Under the pieces are notes generated by a model. It did not search any database, was not told the DNA's origin, and worked only from the letters and a program-made list of their open reading frames with translations. A stretch of DNA of 64,000 bases from an uncultured Gammaproteobacteria bacterium. Lineage in GTDB: Bacteria; Patescibacteriota; Patescibacteriia; JAHIZJ01. This document shows, in pieces, positions 27,125 through 35,440 of the stretch. Both the position numbers and the translations under genes were made by a program. Every line of letters begins with the position of its first letter. Position 1 is the stretch's first letter. The DNA is taken from contig CAYJKP010000001.1 in the NCBI GenBank assembly GCA_964371245.1, positions 315,042 through 379,041 on the forward strand. The letters run 5' to 3'.

Positions 27125-28305
27125 AACCGATCGATGTATTAATGCTGAACATGTCCAGTTTCCAGGAATGGCAAAGCGGCATTGTCAACCGGAATTTTCA
27201 CGTCCTAAAAAATCTTTTAGCCCGGCCTGAGATTGGACGAGTCTTGGCAATTGATTATCTGCCGTTTTCCATGAAGCGGGGATTGAAATCATATTTGGAG
27301 TCACAGGCCTTCGGCGTAAAAGGCAAGGTGTTGTATCGGGATTTTACAAATCGGCTTGTCCAAATCGACGCCTCGCGGCTAGGCCGTCACCGCGACAAGC
27401 TCTACACATTTTCCACCATTGATTCGGTCGTGTCAGAAGGGTTGGCCATGCGGAGCATTGAGCGGGCCGTCCGAAAAGTCGGGCTCGATCGGCCGCTGCT
27501 CTGGTCGTATTTGCCTCTCTACACCAAACCCTTCAATCTATTTACAGACCGGCTCACCGTTTTTGATGCCGTCGACGACTGGCGCAATCATTCGTCATAT
27601 CAAGCGCAGCGTGAGAAACTTGAACGCAATTACGCGACGATCAGTGAAAAAGCGGATTGCATTTTTACGGTCGCCGATGATTTGCGTTTACTGTTCGGAA
27701 ACAAAGCGAACGTCCATTGGATCCCAAACGGCGTTGATTATGACCGATGGCAAGGCCGGCCTGATTTTCCTGACGACCTTATTGGCATACCGGCCCCGAT
27801 TATCGGGTATGTCGGCGTGATTCAGCACCGGATAGATCTAAAACTGATTCAGCGCGTCGCCGAGAAGAATCCCAACAAATCATTCGTGTTTGTCGGTGTC
27901 GTCTGGCCAGATGTCGATGAGTCGAAACTGCGAAAGCTGCCCAATGTTTATTTCCTCGGCCAGAAGCCATACGATGAATTGCCGAAGTACCTGACGCATT
28001 TTCACGTTGGCATCATCCCGCATAAGATTGATCCCTTTACGAAGTCGATGAATCCCCTGAAGCTCTATGAATACCTGGCGTGCGGTTTGCCGGTGGTGTC
28101 GACGCCGGTGGCCGGGCTGGAGATGTTTCCGGGCATGATTCGGGTCGCTTCGGACGACGAATATTTCAGCCAGCAAATCGATGAGGCGCTGGCGACCGAC
28201 AGCCAAGAACAGCGTTTGATGCGCAAAGCGGCCGTAAAACCACATTCCTGGACGACCCGAGTTGAGACGATGCTGTCGGTTATCAAACCGCAGCTTCGCG
28301 ATTAG
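27121..28305 (+). CDS. GT-B glycosyltransferase (TuaH-like)
   Basis: FDAVDDW, IPNGVD, P.KLYEYLACGLPVVST. Confidence 0.88.
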   Translation: MKPIDVLMLNMSSFQEWQSGIVNRNFHVLKNLLARPEIGRVLAIDYLPFSMKRGLKSYLESQAFGVKGKVLYRDFTNRLVQIDASRLGRHRDKLYTFSTIDSVVSEGLAMRSIERAVRKVGLDRPLLWSYLPLYTKPFNLFTDRLTVFDAVDDWRNHSSYQAQREKLERNYATISEKADCIFTVADDLRLLFGNKANVHWIPNGVDYDRWQGRPDFPDDLIGIPAPIIGYVGVIQHRIDLKLIQRVAEKNPNKSFVFVGVVWPDVDESKLRKLPNVYFLGQKPYDELPKYLTHFHVGIIPHKIDPFTKSMNPLKLYEYLACGLPVVSTPVAGLEMFPGMIRVASDDEYFSQQIDEALATDSQEQRLMRKAAVKPHSWTTRVETMLSVIKPQLRD

Positions 28306-28337
28306 GACGATTGACGATATTTTGTTAAAATAAACTC

Positions 28338-28667
28338 ATGCTAAAAGAATCAGATTACGTGAAGATTGAGACGGCAGTACCGATCAAGGATGCCGTGCGC
28401 GTTCGGCAGGCATTAGGCGATGCCGGGGCCGGGAAAGTCGGTAATTACTCGCACTGCAGCGGTTCTTGGGTTTCAGTCGGACGGTTCACGCCGCTGGCCG
28501 GGGCAAAACCAGCCATTGGTATCATCGGAAAGCCTGAAGAAGTCGACGAGGAGATAATCCAGGTGCTTTGTCACAAGGATAAAGTGAAGGACGTCGTTGT
28601 TGCCTTGAAGAAAGCCCATCCCTACGAAGAGCCGCCGATTGACATCATTCCACGATACGAGGTATAA
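28338..28667 (+). CDS. YqfO/NIF3 PII-like domain protein
   Basis: AL..AGAG.VGNY.HCS, AHPYEEP. Confidence 0.85.
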   Translation: MLKESDYVKIETAVPIKDAVRVRQALGDAGAGKVGNYSHCSGSWVSVGRFTPLAGAKPAIGIIGKPEEVDEEIIQVLCHKDKVKDVVVALKKAHPYEEPPIDIIPRYEV

Positions 28668-28711
28668 GTTACGGGAAAGGTATTGCATAATGTCAAAATG
28701 TTTGGTAATTT

Positions 28712-28787
28712 GCCGGAGTAGCTCAGTTGGTAGAGCAACGCTTTTGTAAAGCGAAGGTCGGGGGTTCGAATCCTCTCTCCGGCTCCA
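28712..28787 (+). tRNA. tRNA-Thr(UGU)
   Basis: Full cloverleaf GCCGGAG...CTCCGGC-T-CCA; anticodon loop TTTGTAA; GGTTCGAATCC. Confidence 0.95.
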
Positions 28788-28814
28788 GACGAACGTCACA
28801 AACCAAATCAGAAA
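28781..28814. repeat. 34-bp perfect inverted repeat; partner at 31188-31221
   Basis: GGCTCCAGACGAACGTCACAAACCAAATCAGAAA is the exact reverse complement of 31188-31221. Confidence 0.95.
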
Positions 28815-28888
28815 GCCTGGCAAAAAGCTTTAAATAAGTTCATTGCTCATATAAACTCACAAATCAGTAACAGTTGAAATAGCCAGTA

Positions 28889-28936
28889 AAACCAATAAAC
28901 AAATCAACTAATCAATCGATAAACCAATAAATCAAT
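28889..28936. repeat. Six degenerate 8-bp tandem repeats
   Basis: AAACCAAT AAACAAAT CAACTAAT CAATCGAT AAACCAAT AAATCAAT. Confidence 0.6.
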
Positions 28937-28963
28937 CATCTATTATTCTAATAAACCATCCTT

Positions 28964-29119
28964 ATGTCCCAGGACAATCTCATCAAACTCGAATGCACGG
29001 TCTGCAAACACACCAACTATCAATCGCACAAAAACAAGAAGACCTTGAAAAATCGGCTTGAACTGAAGAAGCATTGCACCTGGTGCGGCAAGCATACTGT
29101 TCATAAAGAAACAAAATAA
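28964..29119 (+). CDS. rpmG: 50S ribosomal protein L33 (absent from the ORF track)
   Basis: [19 protein letters not shown]...KNKK....[18 protein letters not shown]. Confidence 0.96.
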   Translation: MSQDNLIKLECTVCKHTNYQSHKNKKTLKNRLELKKHCTWCGKHTVHKETK

Positions 29120-29121
29120 GC

Positions 29122-29544
29122 ATGACCGACACGGATGCCCGCCATCCAGAGACCGGCACGACCTGGAAGGTCGTTGATGGAATAATTGAAATCCGCTTAG
29201 GCGCTGACAGCGCCAGTCATGAAGCGTCGGTCGGCGAGATGCTTTGGTTGGAAGAACTGCTGAATGGTTTAGATACGCAATTTCCAAACAAGCGCTGGGG
29301 GATCGCAATTGACTTTGGTCGCTTGCCGGTCCAACAGACGAGCGCCGCTCGATTCCGCTCGATGATGAGCTGGCTCTTGAAAGAGGCGAGTGTGGCCGCG
29401 CTTGCGATTGTTCAAGCGGCGCATTCGTATAAGGTGGTAATTCAGACGATTCTGTTCGCGCTGCCGGACGCGACGGGCAAGCTGAAGTTTTTTGAACAAG
29501 AAACCACGGCCAGCGAGTGGCTGAAGATTAAAACAAAAGGGTAG
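29122..29544 (+). CDS. SpoIIAA-like (STAS/SEC14) domain protein
   Basis: Alpha/beta pattern ending KFF.....A.EWL. Confidence 0.55.
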   Translation: MTDTDARHPETGTTWKVVDGIIEIRLGADSASHEASVGEMLWLEELLNGLDTQFPNKRWGIAIDFGRLPVQQTSAARFRSMMSWLLKEASVAALAIVQAAHSYKVVIQTILFALPDATGKLKFFEQETTASEWLKIKTKG

Positions 29545-29578
29545 ATTTATTACCTGGGGGCGTAGTTCAGCGGTAGAA

Positions 29579-29752
29579 CCCCGCACCAAGCGCACATTAT
29601 AAAATTCAATTATATTCTTGCTCGTCAGTTAGTGATGGGGGCATAGTGAAATGGCTATCACAAAGGTCTCCAAAACCTTTATTCTAGGTTCGAATCCTAG
29701 TGCCCCTGCCACAAGCTGATGAGGATTGATATTAATATGCTTTGGTACGGGG
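29579..29752. mobile_element. 174-bp inverted-repeat-bounded element carrying tRNA-Trp
   Basis: CCCCGCACCAAGCGCA...TGCTTTGGTACGGGG ends; inner stem CTCGTCAGTT/AGCTGATGAG. Confidence 0.75.
29637..29711 (+). tRNA. tRNA-Trp(CCA)
   Basis: GGGGGCA...TGCCCCT-G-CCA; anticodon arm AAGGT-CTCCAAA-ACCTT; GGTTCGAATCC. Confidence 0.95.
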
Positions 29753-29833
29753 CGATTCCCTCCGCTCCTGCCAACACAACCTTTTATCGAGCGACCCCCC
29801 AGTGCTTTTTAGAAGTTGTTATTAAAATAAGCC

Positions 29834-30436
29834 ATGCTTATAGATATTGTGATTCTACCTCCCAAAAAAATAAGTAAATTGATTGGTGATAAAATCAAAA
29901 AGGAGATTGGCAATCACCCAAATTATTTTGTGGTAGATAATGTCAAGCTTTTCTCTCATTTGAGTCTGTGGCATATGAAAATATCAAAGAAAGGAATAAA
30001 TATTATTGTTAAGAAGTTAAAACAGATAACCAAGGGTCAAAAACAGATTAAAATCAGCTCTTCAGGATTTCGCGCCCTAAAGAAATATCCTGGCTGTGTA
30101 GAATTTGAAGTAAAGAATAATAAAGATTTGACTCATTTACAACACAATATTTTCCAAAATATTTACTCTTATAAATCAGGCGTAATGCCGGGATTCGCGT
30201 CTTTTTTGAAGATCGTATATTCTGGTAAAAAACTACAAGAAATAAAAAATTACGGCAGGTCGATAGGATTTGCACCTCATTTTACAGTGGGATGGTTGAA
30301 AAATATTAAAGATATTCCAGTGGTTGTAAAGAAAATGAGAGAGATGAAATTTAGTTTTTTTGCAAAAGAAATATATATTTGCGAAATTGACAAATGGTGG
30401 CAAGTCAAAAAGATAATAAATAAAATTAGCTTTTAG
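29834..30436 (+). CDS. 2H phosphoesterase (2'-5' RNA ligase-like) protein
   Basis: Two HxS/T motifs (SHLSL, PHFTV); markedly AT-rich. Confidence 0.7.
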   Translation: MLIDIVILPPKKISKLIGDKIKKEIGNHPNYFVVDNVKLFSHLSLWHMKISKKGINIIVKKLKQITKGQKQIKISSSGFRALKKYPGCVEFEVKNNKDLTHLQHNIFQNIYSYKSGVMPGFASFLKIVYSGKKLQEIKNYGRSIGFAPHFTVGWLKNIKDIPVVVKKMREMKFSFFAKEIYICEIDKWWQVKKIINKISF

Positions 30437-30642
30437 CCCAGACCAACGTGTCTCAAATCGCGCTCTGGAAATATCGCTGAAAAACCCTTATAATCTTTGC
30501 GTGGGTGGGAAACTGAACAGGAGTGGCCTGCCATAATAAAAAGAACAGAGAATATTGCCTCTGTTTTTGTTTATATACTTGCGAAGATTGAAAAAATATG
30601 TTATAATAGATAAGTGAAGTATAATAAATAAATATACGACGT

Positions 30643-30912
30643 ATGGCAGAACAACTCGAACAGCAATACAAAGACCTCCTTTCAGAAATTATTGCCAAAC
30701 AAGCGATCATCCTTGGTCCTGACATTGCCGTGCTAAAAGCGCGGAGCGTGCCGGGTATTCAGGTAACAAATGATGGAAAGGTGTCGGGGATCGACGGCGA
30801 TCCGCAGCAGCTTATCCAGCAGTTGGTCGATAAGTATGTCGACCTGTCAGGCCAGATCGTTAAAAATGCGCTCGGGTCAGTTTTCGCGCGCTATCCAGGC
30901 ATACAAAAATAG
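30643..30912 (+). CDS. Hypothetical 89-aa protein at the head of the signalling operon
   Basis: Clean ORF preceded by TTGAAA...TGTTATAAT. Confidence 0.75.
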   Translation: MAEQLEQQYKDLLSEIIAKQAIILGPDIAVLKARSVPGIQVTNDGKVSGIDGDPQQLIQQLVDKYVDLSGQIVKNALGSVFARYPGIQK

Positions 30913-30950
30913 CTATTTTAAAATTGTCTATTTAACTGATACCTAACACT

Positions 30951-31271
30951 ATGGAGACTATTGTGCGATCAATCATTCTTTTTGTCGGTTGGCCGGTTCT
31001 TGTCGGCGGCAGTGTCTATCTTTTTGTGCGCGGCCGGGCGGTGTATCGGCTCGTGAAGGGCTCGCTCGTTGGCAAAGTAACGAAGGTGCTGGTCATTTCC
31101 ATGCTCACTGGCATGTATTGTCTCGGCGTGGTGACGACCGTCTTAATGCTCAAGGACGAAAAAATGGTCTGGCTGGGCCTGCCCGTGTTTCTGATTTGGT
31201 TTGTGACGTTCGTCTGGAGCCTCCGCGTTCTGAATGAGGCGCAGCAAGAAGCGAAAAAGCTCACAAAATAA
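30951..31271 (+). CDS. Three-transmembrane hypothetical protein
   Basis: Three hydrophobic helices; upstream of the histidine kinase. Confidence 0.75.
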   Translation: METIVRSIILFVGWPVLVGGSVYLFVRGRAVYRLVKGSLVGKVTKVLVISMLTGMYCLGVVTTVLMLKDEKMVWLGLPVFLIWFVTFVWSLRVLNEAQQEAKKLTK

Positions 31272-31333
31272 TCCAAACGGACAGGGTAGCGGCGTTGTCA
31301 TAAACAACGGTTGCGGCCGTTGATATACATACT

Positions 31334-33088
31334 ATGAATTTCGTATCCATTATTATTGGACTCCTGGGCATTGTCGCGATTGTTTTTGGAGTCTTTTTTT
31401 GCCGGCATTTTTTTCGTCAGCGTAAAATATTGGAAGAAAAAGCGCGCCACATGGAACGGCGCATGTTTGAATTGTCGATCTTAAAAGAGCTCGGCGATCG
31501 GATTGGTTACTCGCTCAACGTTCAGAACATCGTTGATATTATTACCGGTTCGCTTCACCAATTTATCGAGTACAGCGCAGTTTCGTACATGCTCCTGGAA
31601 CCGGAAAAGCTCATCTTCAAGGTCCACCTCGAGAAGTCGGTCTCACGGAAATTTATCAACGACATAAAGGATCGGATGCAAAAATCGCTCTCGGCCTTGC
31701 TGAATAAGGACATGCAGAAGATGACGGTCGAGGAGGTCTTGTCAGGTGCGATCGTCGTCGACGAAACCGACGCACCCGTGCAGTCGTTTTTTAACATCCC
31801 GCTGGTCATCGGCGAAAAGGTCGTTGGTGTTCTGACCGTCGCGCATACCACGGCGGGTTTGTACAAGGAAGAAGAAACCACGATACTCTATAAGATAACC
31901 CGGCAGGCTTCCCAGGCAGTGACGCGTTTGCAGGAGGTCATCACAATCGAGCAGCGAAAATTGAACGCCATGGTGGCGAGCATTACCGAGGGGGTCGTGA
32001 TGACTGATCGCGATTACCGCGTCGTGGTGGTGAATCCGGTGGCGCGGCAAATCATCGGGCTTAATGACCGTCAGGAGGTGACCATTTTTGATTTTATCGA
32101 TCGTCTCGGCGGCAAGTTTGATATTCGCGGACGGCTCGAGGAAAGCGTCAAGCTTGATAAAACAATGTTAGCTGACGACGTGATTATTGGCGATCGTTCG
32201 TTTCAGATATTCGTTTCGCCGGTCAAAGGGACAATCGGTTTGAATACCAGCGAGGTCTTGGGCGGCGTGGTAATTTTTCATGACATTACCCATGATAAGG
32301 AATTAGAGAAACTGCGTGAGGACTTTACTTCGATGATGGTTCACGAACTCCGGTCACCGCTGGCAGCGATAAAAATGATGACGCAGTATCTCGACAAGAA
32401 GAAAACCGGCAAAAGCCAGAAAACCCAAGGTCAGTATAATCAGCTGATCCAAAAAAACGCGGTCAGCATGCTCAACCTGGTCAACGACCTGCTCGATGTG
32501 GCAAAGCTCGAATCCGGTCGGTTTGAGGTCCACCTCGAGCCGATGAATATCGCCACCACAATAAAAGACAAAGTGGCCTTCTATGAACCGTTAGCCAAGA
32601 ATCGGGAAATCGATCTCCAGGTTCAGCTGGCCGCAAACCTGCCGGAAGAAATCAATGGCGACACTGTCCGGATCGGCCAGGTACTCGGTAATTTGATTTC
32701 CAATTCACTTAAATACACGCATGGTGGTGGGATGGTAACAATCCAATGTTTCGTCCACAAAAAAGGACGGTCCTGGAGTGAGGAAGCGGCGCACGAAAAC
32801 ATCCGTTGGTTCCTGCCGGCAAAAAACGATCCGAAGCTTCAAGCCGTCCCGGACACGGTCGTCGTGGCGATTACCGATACCGGCGATGGTATTGCCGCGG
32901 CGAATATCCCTCAGCTGTTTAACAAATTCGTCCAATTCCGGTCTCGGGCCACGGACGAAGAAGGCCAAAAAGGCACCGGCCTCGGTTTGGTAATTGCCAA
33001 GGGGATTGTTGAGGCGCATAATGGAACTATCGGCGTTGCTTCCGAGGAAAGCCACGGGAGTACGTTTTATTTCACGCTGCCGATGTAA
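31334..33088 (+). CDS. Sensor histidine kinase (TM-GAF-PAS-HisKA-HATPase)
   Basis: HELRSPL, NLISNSLKYT, DTGDGI, GTGLGL, GSTFYF. Confidence 0.95.
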   Translation: MNFVSIIIGLLGIVAIVFGVFFCRHFFRQRKILEEKARHMERRMFELSILKELGDRIGYSLNVQNIVDIITGSLHQFIEYSAVSYMLLEPEKLIFKVHLEKSVSRKFINDIKDRMQKSLSALLNKDMQKMTVEEVLSGAIVVDETDAPVQSFFNIPLVIGEKVVGVLTVAHTTAGLYKEEETTILYKITRQASQAVTRLQEVITIEQRKLNAMVASITEGVVMTDRDYRVVVVNPVARQIIGLNDRQEVTIFDFIDRLGGKFDIRGRLEESVKLDKTMLADDVIIGDRSFQIFVSPVKGTIGLNTSEVLGGVVIFHDITHDKELEKLREDFTSMMVHELRSPLAAIKMMTQYLDKKKTGKSQKTQGQYNQLIQKNAVSMLNLVNDLLDVAKLESGRFEVHLEPMNIATTIKDKVAFYEPLAKNREIDLQVQLAANLPEEINGDTVRIGQVLGNLISNSLKYTHGGGMVTIQCFVHKKGRSWSEEAAHENIRWFLPAKNDPKLQAVPDTVVVAITDTGDGIAAANIPQLFNKFVQFRSRATDEEGQKGTGLGLVIAKGIVEAHNGTIGVASEESHGSTFYFTLPM

Positions 33089-33111
33089 GAAATTTATAAA
33101 ATATACACGAT

Positions 33112-33612
33112 ATGAAAAAAACTCCCCCAAGCGAATTTTCAGCGGACAACCAATCACATTCGGTTCTCGTCGCTGATGATAATATCGCCACGCTCGAAGT
33201 TCTTACTGATGCGCTGAAGGACGCTGGTTTCATGGTCTATCCAGCCAAGGACGGGCAAGAAGCGCTCGATCTCGCGCTGAAGAAACATCCTGACATCATC
33301 CTCTTAGACATTCAGATGCCGAAGATGGACGGTATCAGCATGTTAACCGAGTTGCGCAAAGATCGCTGGGGGCGGTACGCAATGGTAATTCTGCTGACCC
33401 ACCTGACCGGCTCGGAGCGGGTCGCCAAGGCAATACAGTTAGGTGCGTTTGATTACCTCCAAAAGGCGAACTGGGACCTTGATTCAATCGTTGATCAGGT
33501 GAAGAAGCGCATTGCTTTAAAAGTTGAAGCTGAAAAGAGAAAAACCAAATATAAACTCAAGCCCATACCAGGGCCAAAGAAAGAAATGGGTCAACGCAGA
33601 AAGATATCGTAA
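33112..33612 (+). CDS. Single-domain response regulator
   Basis: VLVADD, PDIILLDIQMPKMDG, LT, GAFDYLQK. Confidence 0.92.
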   Translation: MKKTPPSEFSADNQSHSVLVADDNIATLEVLTDALKDAGFMVYPAKDGQEALDLALKKHPDIILLDIQMPKMDGISMLTELRKDRWGRYAMVILLTHLTGSERVAKAIQLGAFDYLQKANWDLDSIVDQVKKRIALKVEAEKRKTKYKLKPIPGPKKEMGQRRKIS

Positions 33613-33694
33613 GTTTTTTTGATCCCTCTCAGTATTTTGTCAAACAAGGTTTTCGACTAGTCGGTACGATAATCATAACGCGTAATAAGACACT

Positions 33695-34021
33695 ATGCGG
33701 ACATCAATAAGTCGGAAGCGGTCGATGCAAAAGCTTTTCGCTAAAATTTTTTACTGGGCTGGCACACTGCTGTTTATTGGCGTCGTAGTAATAGCGGTGA
33801 TATTAAAAAAGGCTGTCGATCAGCCGCTGACACCGGCGCTACAAAATTCCTTGATCGTCCTATTAGGCGTGAGCACGGCCGCTCTCTGTCTGGGTATAGT
33901 GAATTTTTCAGTGTATTTTATCCGCCGCGGTGCGCTCGCACCTGAGGAAGTGAAGATACCCAGAAAATATTATTTAGTGATAGTTGTCTTTCTCGCGCTG
34001 CTCGGTTTGTCAGCCATTTGA
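33695..34021 (+). CDS. Three-transmembrane hypothetical protein
   Basis: Hydrophobic ORF. Confidence 0.65.
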   Translation: MRTSISRKRSMQKLFAKIFYWAGTLLFIGVVVIAVILKKAVDQPLTPALQNSLIVLLGVSTAALCLGIVNFSVYFIRRGALAPEEVKIPRKYYLVIVVFLALLGLSAI

Positions 34022-34179
34022 TCATACTACAGGCCATTTCATAGGCAAAAAGCCATCCTAACGCGGATGGTTTTTTGCTAACTTGACATTTTCAGCGGTT
34101 GTTGTAGGATGTCCATTGTTGTACCCAGGCCGAGGTTTTCGGCCACGACGCACACCCAGACAGGGAGGAGGGTCAGAAC

Positions 34180-34617
34180 ATGGCCATTCGGGTCGCGGTG
34201 ATCGAGACGTGGGACGAGACGGATGTTCTGGAGGGCATGACGGCGCAGCAGGCACTGGCGGCGACCGGCGTGGAGTTCGATCCGGAGACCCAACGCCTGG
34301 TGAGCGCGAAGGACGGCGAGATCAAGCCGGATGCGATCGTCCAGGACGGCGACACCATCTTCGTCGAGGCGCTCGAGGGCGATGACGCCGATGAGGTCGT
34401 CGACGACGAGGCCGATCCGGGCAAGAAGACCGGTGACGACGCGGTGGTCGACGAGGCCGATCCGGGCAAGAAGACCGGTGACGACGCGGTGGTCGACGAG
34501 GCCGATCCGGGCAAGAAGACCGGTGACGACGCGGTGGTCGGCGAGGCTGGCGCGGGCGGCGGAGGCGGCGAGGCCGTCGAGGCTGCGGCTGGCGGAGCCG
34601 GGGCTGCGAAGGAGTAG
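34180..34617 (+). CDS. Ubiquitin-like (beta-grasp) domain with an acidic repeat tail
   Basis: GGGAGGAGG ribosome-binding site; EG.T..QAL...G....DG.....DA.VQDGD.I.V pattern; GC-rich. Confidence 0.6.
   Translation: MAIRVAVIETWDETDVLEGMTAQQALAATGVEFDPETQRLVSAKDGEIKPDAIVQDGDTIFVEALEGDDADEVVDDEADPGKKTGDDAVVDEADPGKKTGDDAVVDEADPGKKTGDDAVVGEAGAGGGGGEAVEAAAGGAGAAKE
34405..34539 (+). repeat. Three perfect 45-bp in-frame tandem repeats
   Basis: GACGAGGCCGATCCGGGCAAGAAGACCGGTGACGACGCGGTGGTC x3 (DEADPGKKTGDDAVV). Confidence 0.95.
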
Positions 34618-34648
34618 CGGCTAGTCGTCTGAGACGGCTGGACCGTGG

Positions 34649-34677
34649 CGGGGCTTGATTGAAGAGCCCCGTTTTTT
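34649..34677 (+). terminator. Intrinsic terminator
   Basis: CGGGGCT...AGCCCCG-TTTTTT. Confidence 0.75.
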
Positions 34678-34723
34678 CTTAGCTTTGTTTGCGGTAAAGG
34701 GCATCGCGTGATATACTGAAACC

Positions 34724-34864
34724 ATGAAAAAGCAAATTATTATTTTAGCCATTGTAGCGGCCATCGCTGTTTTAGTCTTCTTTTGGCTGACGTCGATCCG
34801 TAAAAATCTGGAAAAAACCGCTTATCATCAAATAAAAGCCGTGGCTGCGGCCGTGGAAATCTAA
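34724..34864 (+). CDS. 46-aa single-transmembrane small protein (absent from the ORF track)
   Basis: MKKQIIILAIVAAIAVLVFFWLTSIRK...; TATACT six nt upstream of ATG. Confidence 0.6.
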   Translation: MKKQIIILAIVAAIAVLVFFWLTSIRKNLEKTAYHQIKAVAAAVEI

Positions 34865-34885
34865 CCAGCTACTTTAGTGAATCAT

Positions 34886-35098
34886 ATGGAGCATAAACCA
34901 CGTACAGATCTTATTAAAAGTGGGATTAAGTTTGAGGAGGAGTTTGTCGATGTCTTGGCACGTCGGATCGCTGAAACAAGGGAGTTTGGAGAGTTAGAAG
35001 AAGAAAAGAAAGACAAGATAATAAATATCCTTGATATTCTGTTGAATGAGTCAGCCCGTCACGGGATACTGTTACAAAATATACTGGATAAATACTAG
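34886..35098 (+). CDS. Two-helix half ferritin-like protein
   Basis: KFEEE...LNESARH (E...ExxH). Confidence 0.6.
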   Translation: MEHKPRTDLIKSGIKFEEEFVDVLARRIAETREFGELEEEKKDKIINILDILLNESARHGILLQNILDKY

Positions 35099-35103
35099 GA
35101 CGT

Positions 35104-35301
35104 ATGAATGATCATCGAACAACACTCATCAGAGAATTCGTGGAATTGAAAGAAATGGAGTTGAATGCCGGGGGTCTTTATCAATCTATTTTGCCAAGCA
35201 TATCTGATCCGGCTGACCTGAAGATTTTAGAGGGGATTATTGCCGATGAGAAGCGGCACGCGGCGATGGTTCAGGGGATTATCGATATTCTGGAGTCTTA
35301 G
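35104..35301 (+). CDS. Two-helix half ferritin/rubrerythrin-like protein
   Basis: EME..A..LY...D.....LE.I.ADEKRH. Confidence 0.7.
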   Translation: MNDHRTTLIREFVELKEMELNAGGLYQSILPSISDPADLKILEGIIADEKRHAAMVQGIIDILES

Positions 35302-35440
35302 TCCGGCATCGGGGAACGGTGAAAGGCGGGCAAAAGGTTATTATTCCCTGGGCATACGGCTTGACACCATGCCAAAATCCGATATACTCATGAAGTCCCA
35401 GGTCGGGCTGCCCCGGCGTTTTTTTTACCGCCTTACCACA

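Larger units (their letters stand above)
29556..29773 (+). pseudogene. Disrupted tRNA, probably Trp: 5' fragment 29556-29579 and 3' fragment 29753-29773
   Basis: GGGGGCG-TA-GTTC-AGCGGTA-GAAC and CGATT-CCCTC-CGCTCCT-G-CCA form an acceptor stem, D arm and half a T arm; no anticodon arm; G73 and position after rpmG suggest Trp. Confidence 0.85.

Noticed and set aside
28889-28936. Octamer tandem repeat as a contingency locus
   Set aside because: Units are degenerate and intergenic, so slippage-driven switching is not supported
29556-29773. Intron-containing tRNA or tmRNA
   Set aside because: Removing the insert leaves only about 45 nt with no anticodon arm; no group I/II intron features; no G3-U70 alanine identity or tag ORF
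34405-34539. Possible CRISPR array
   Set aside because: The repeats are head-to-tail with no spacers and are in frame within a CDS; no cas genes in the window
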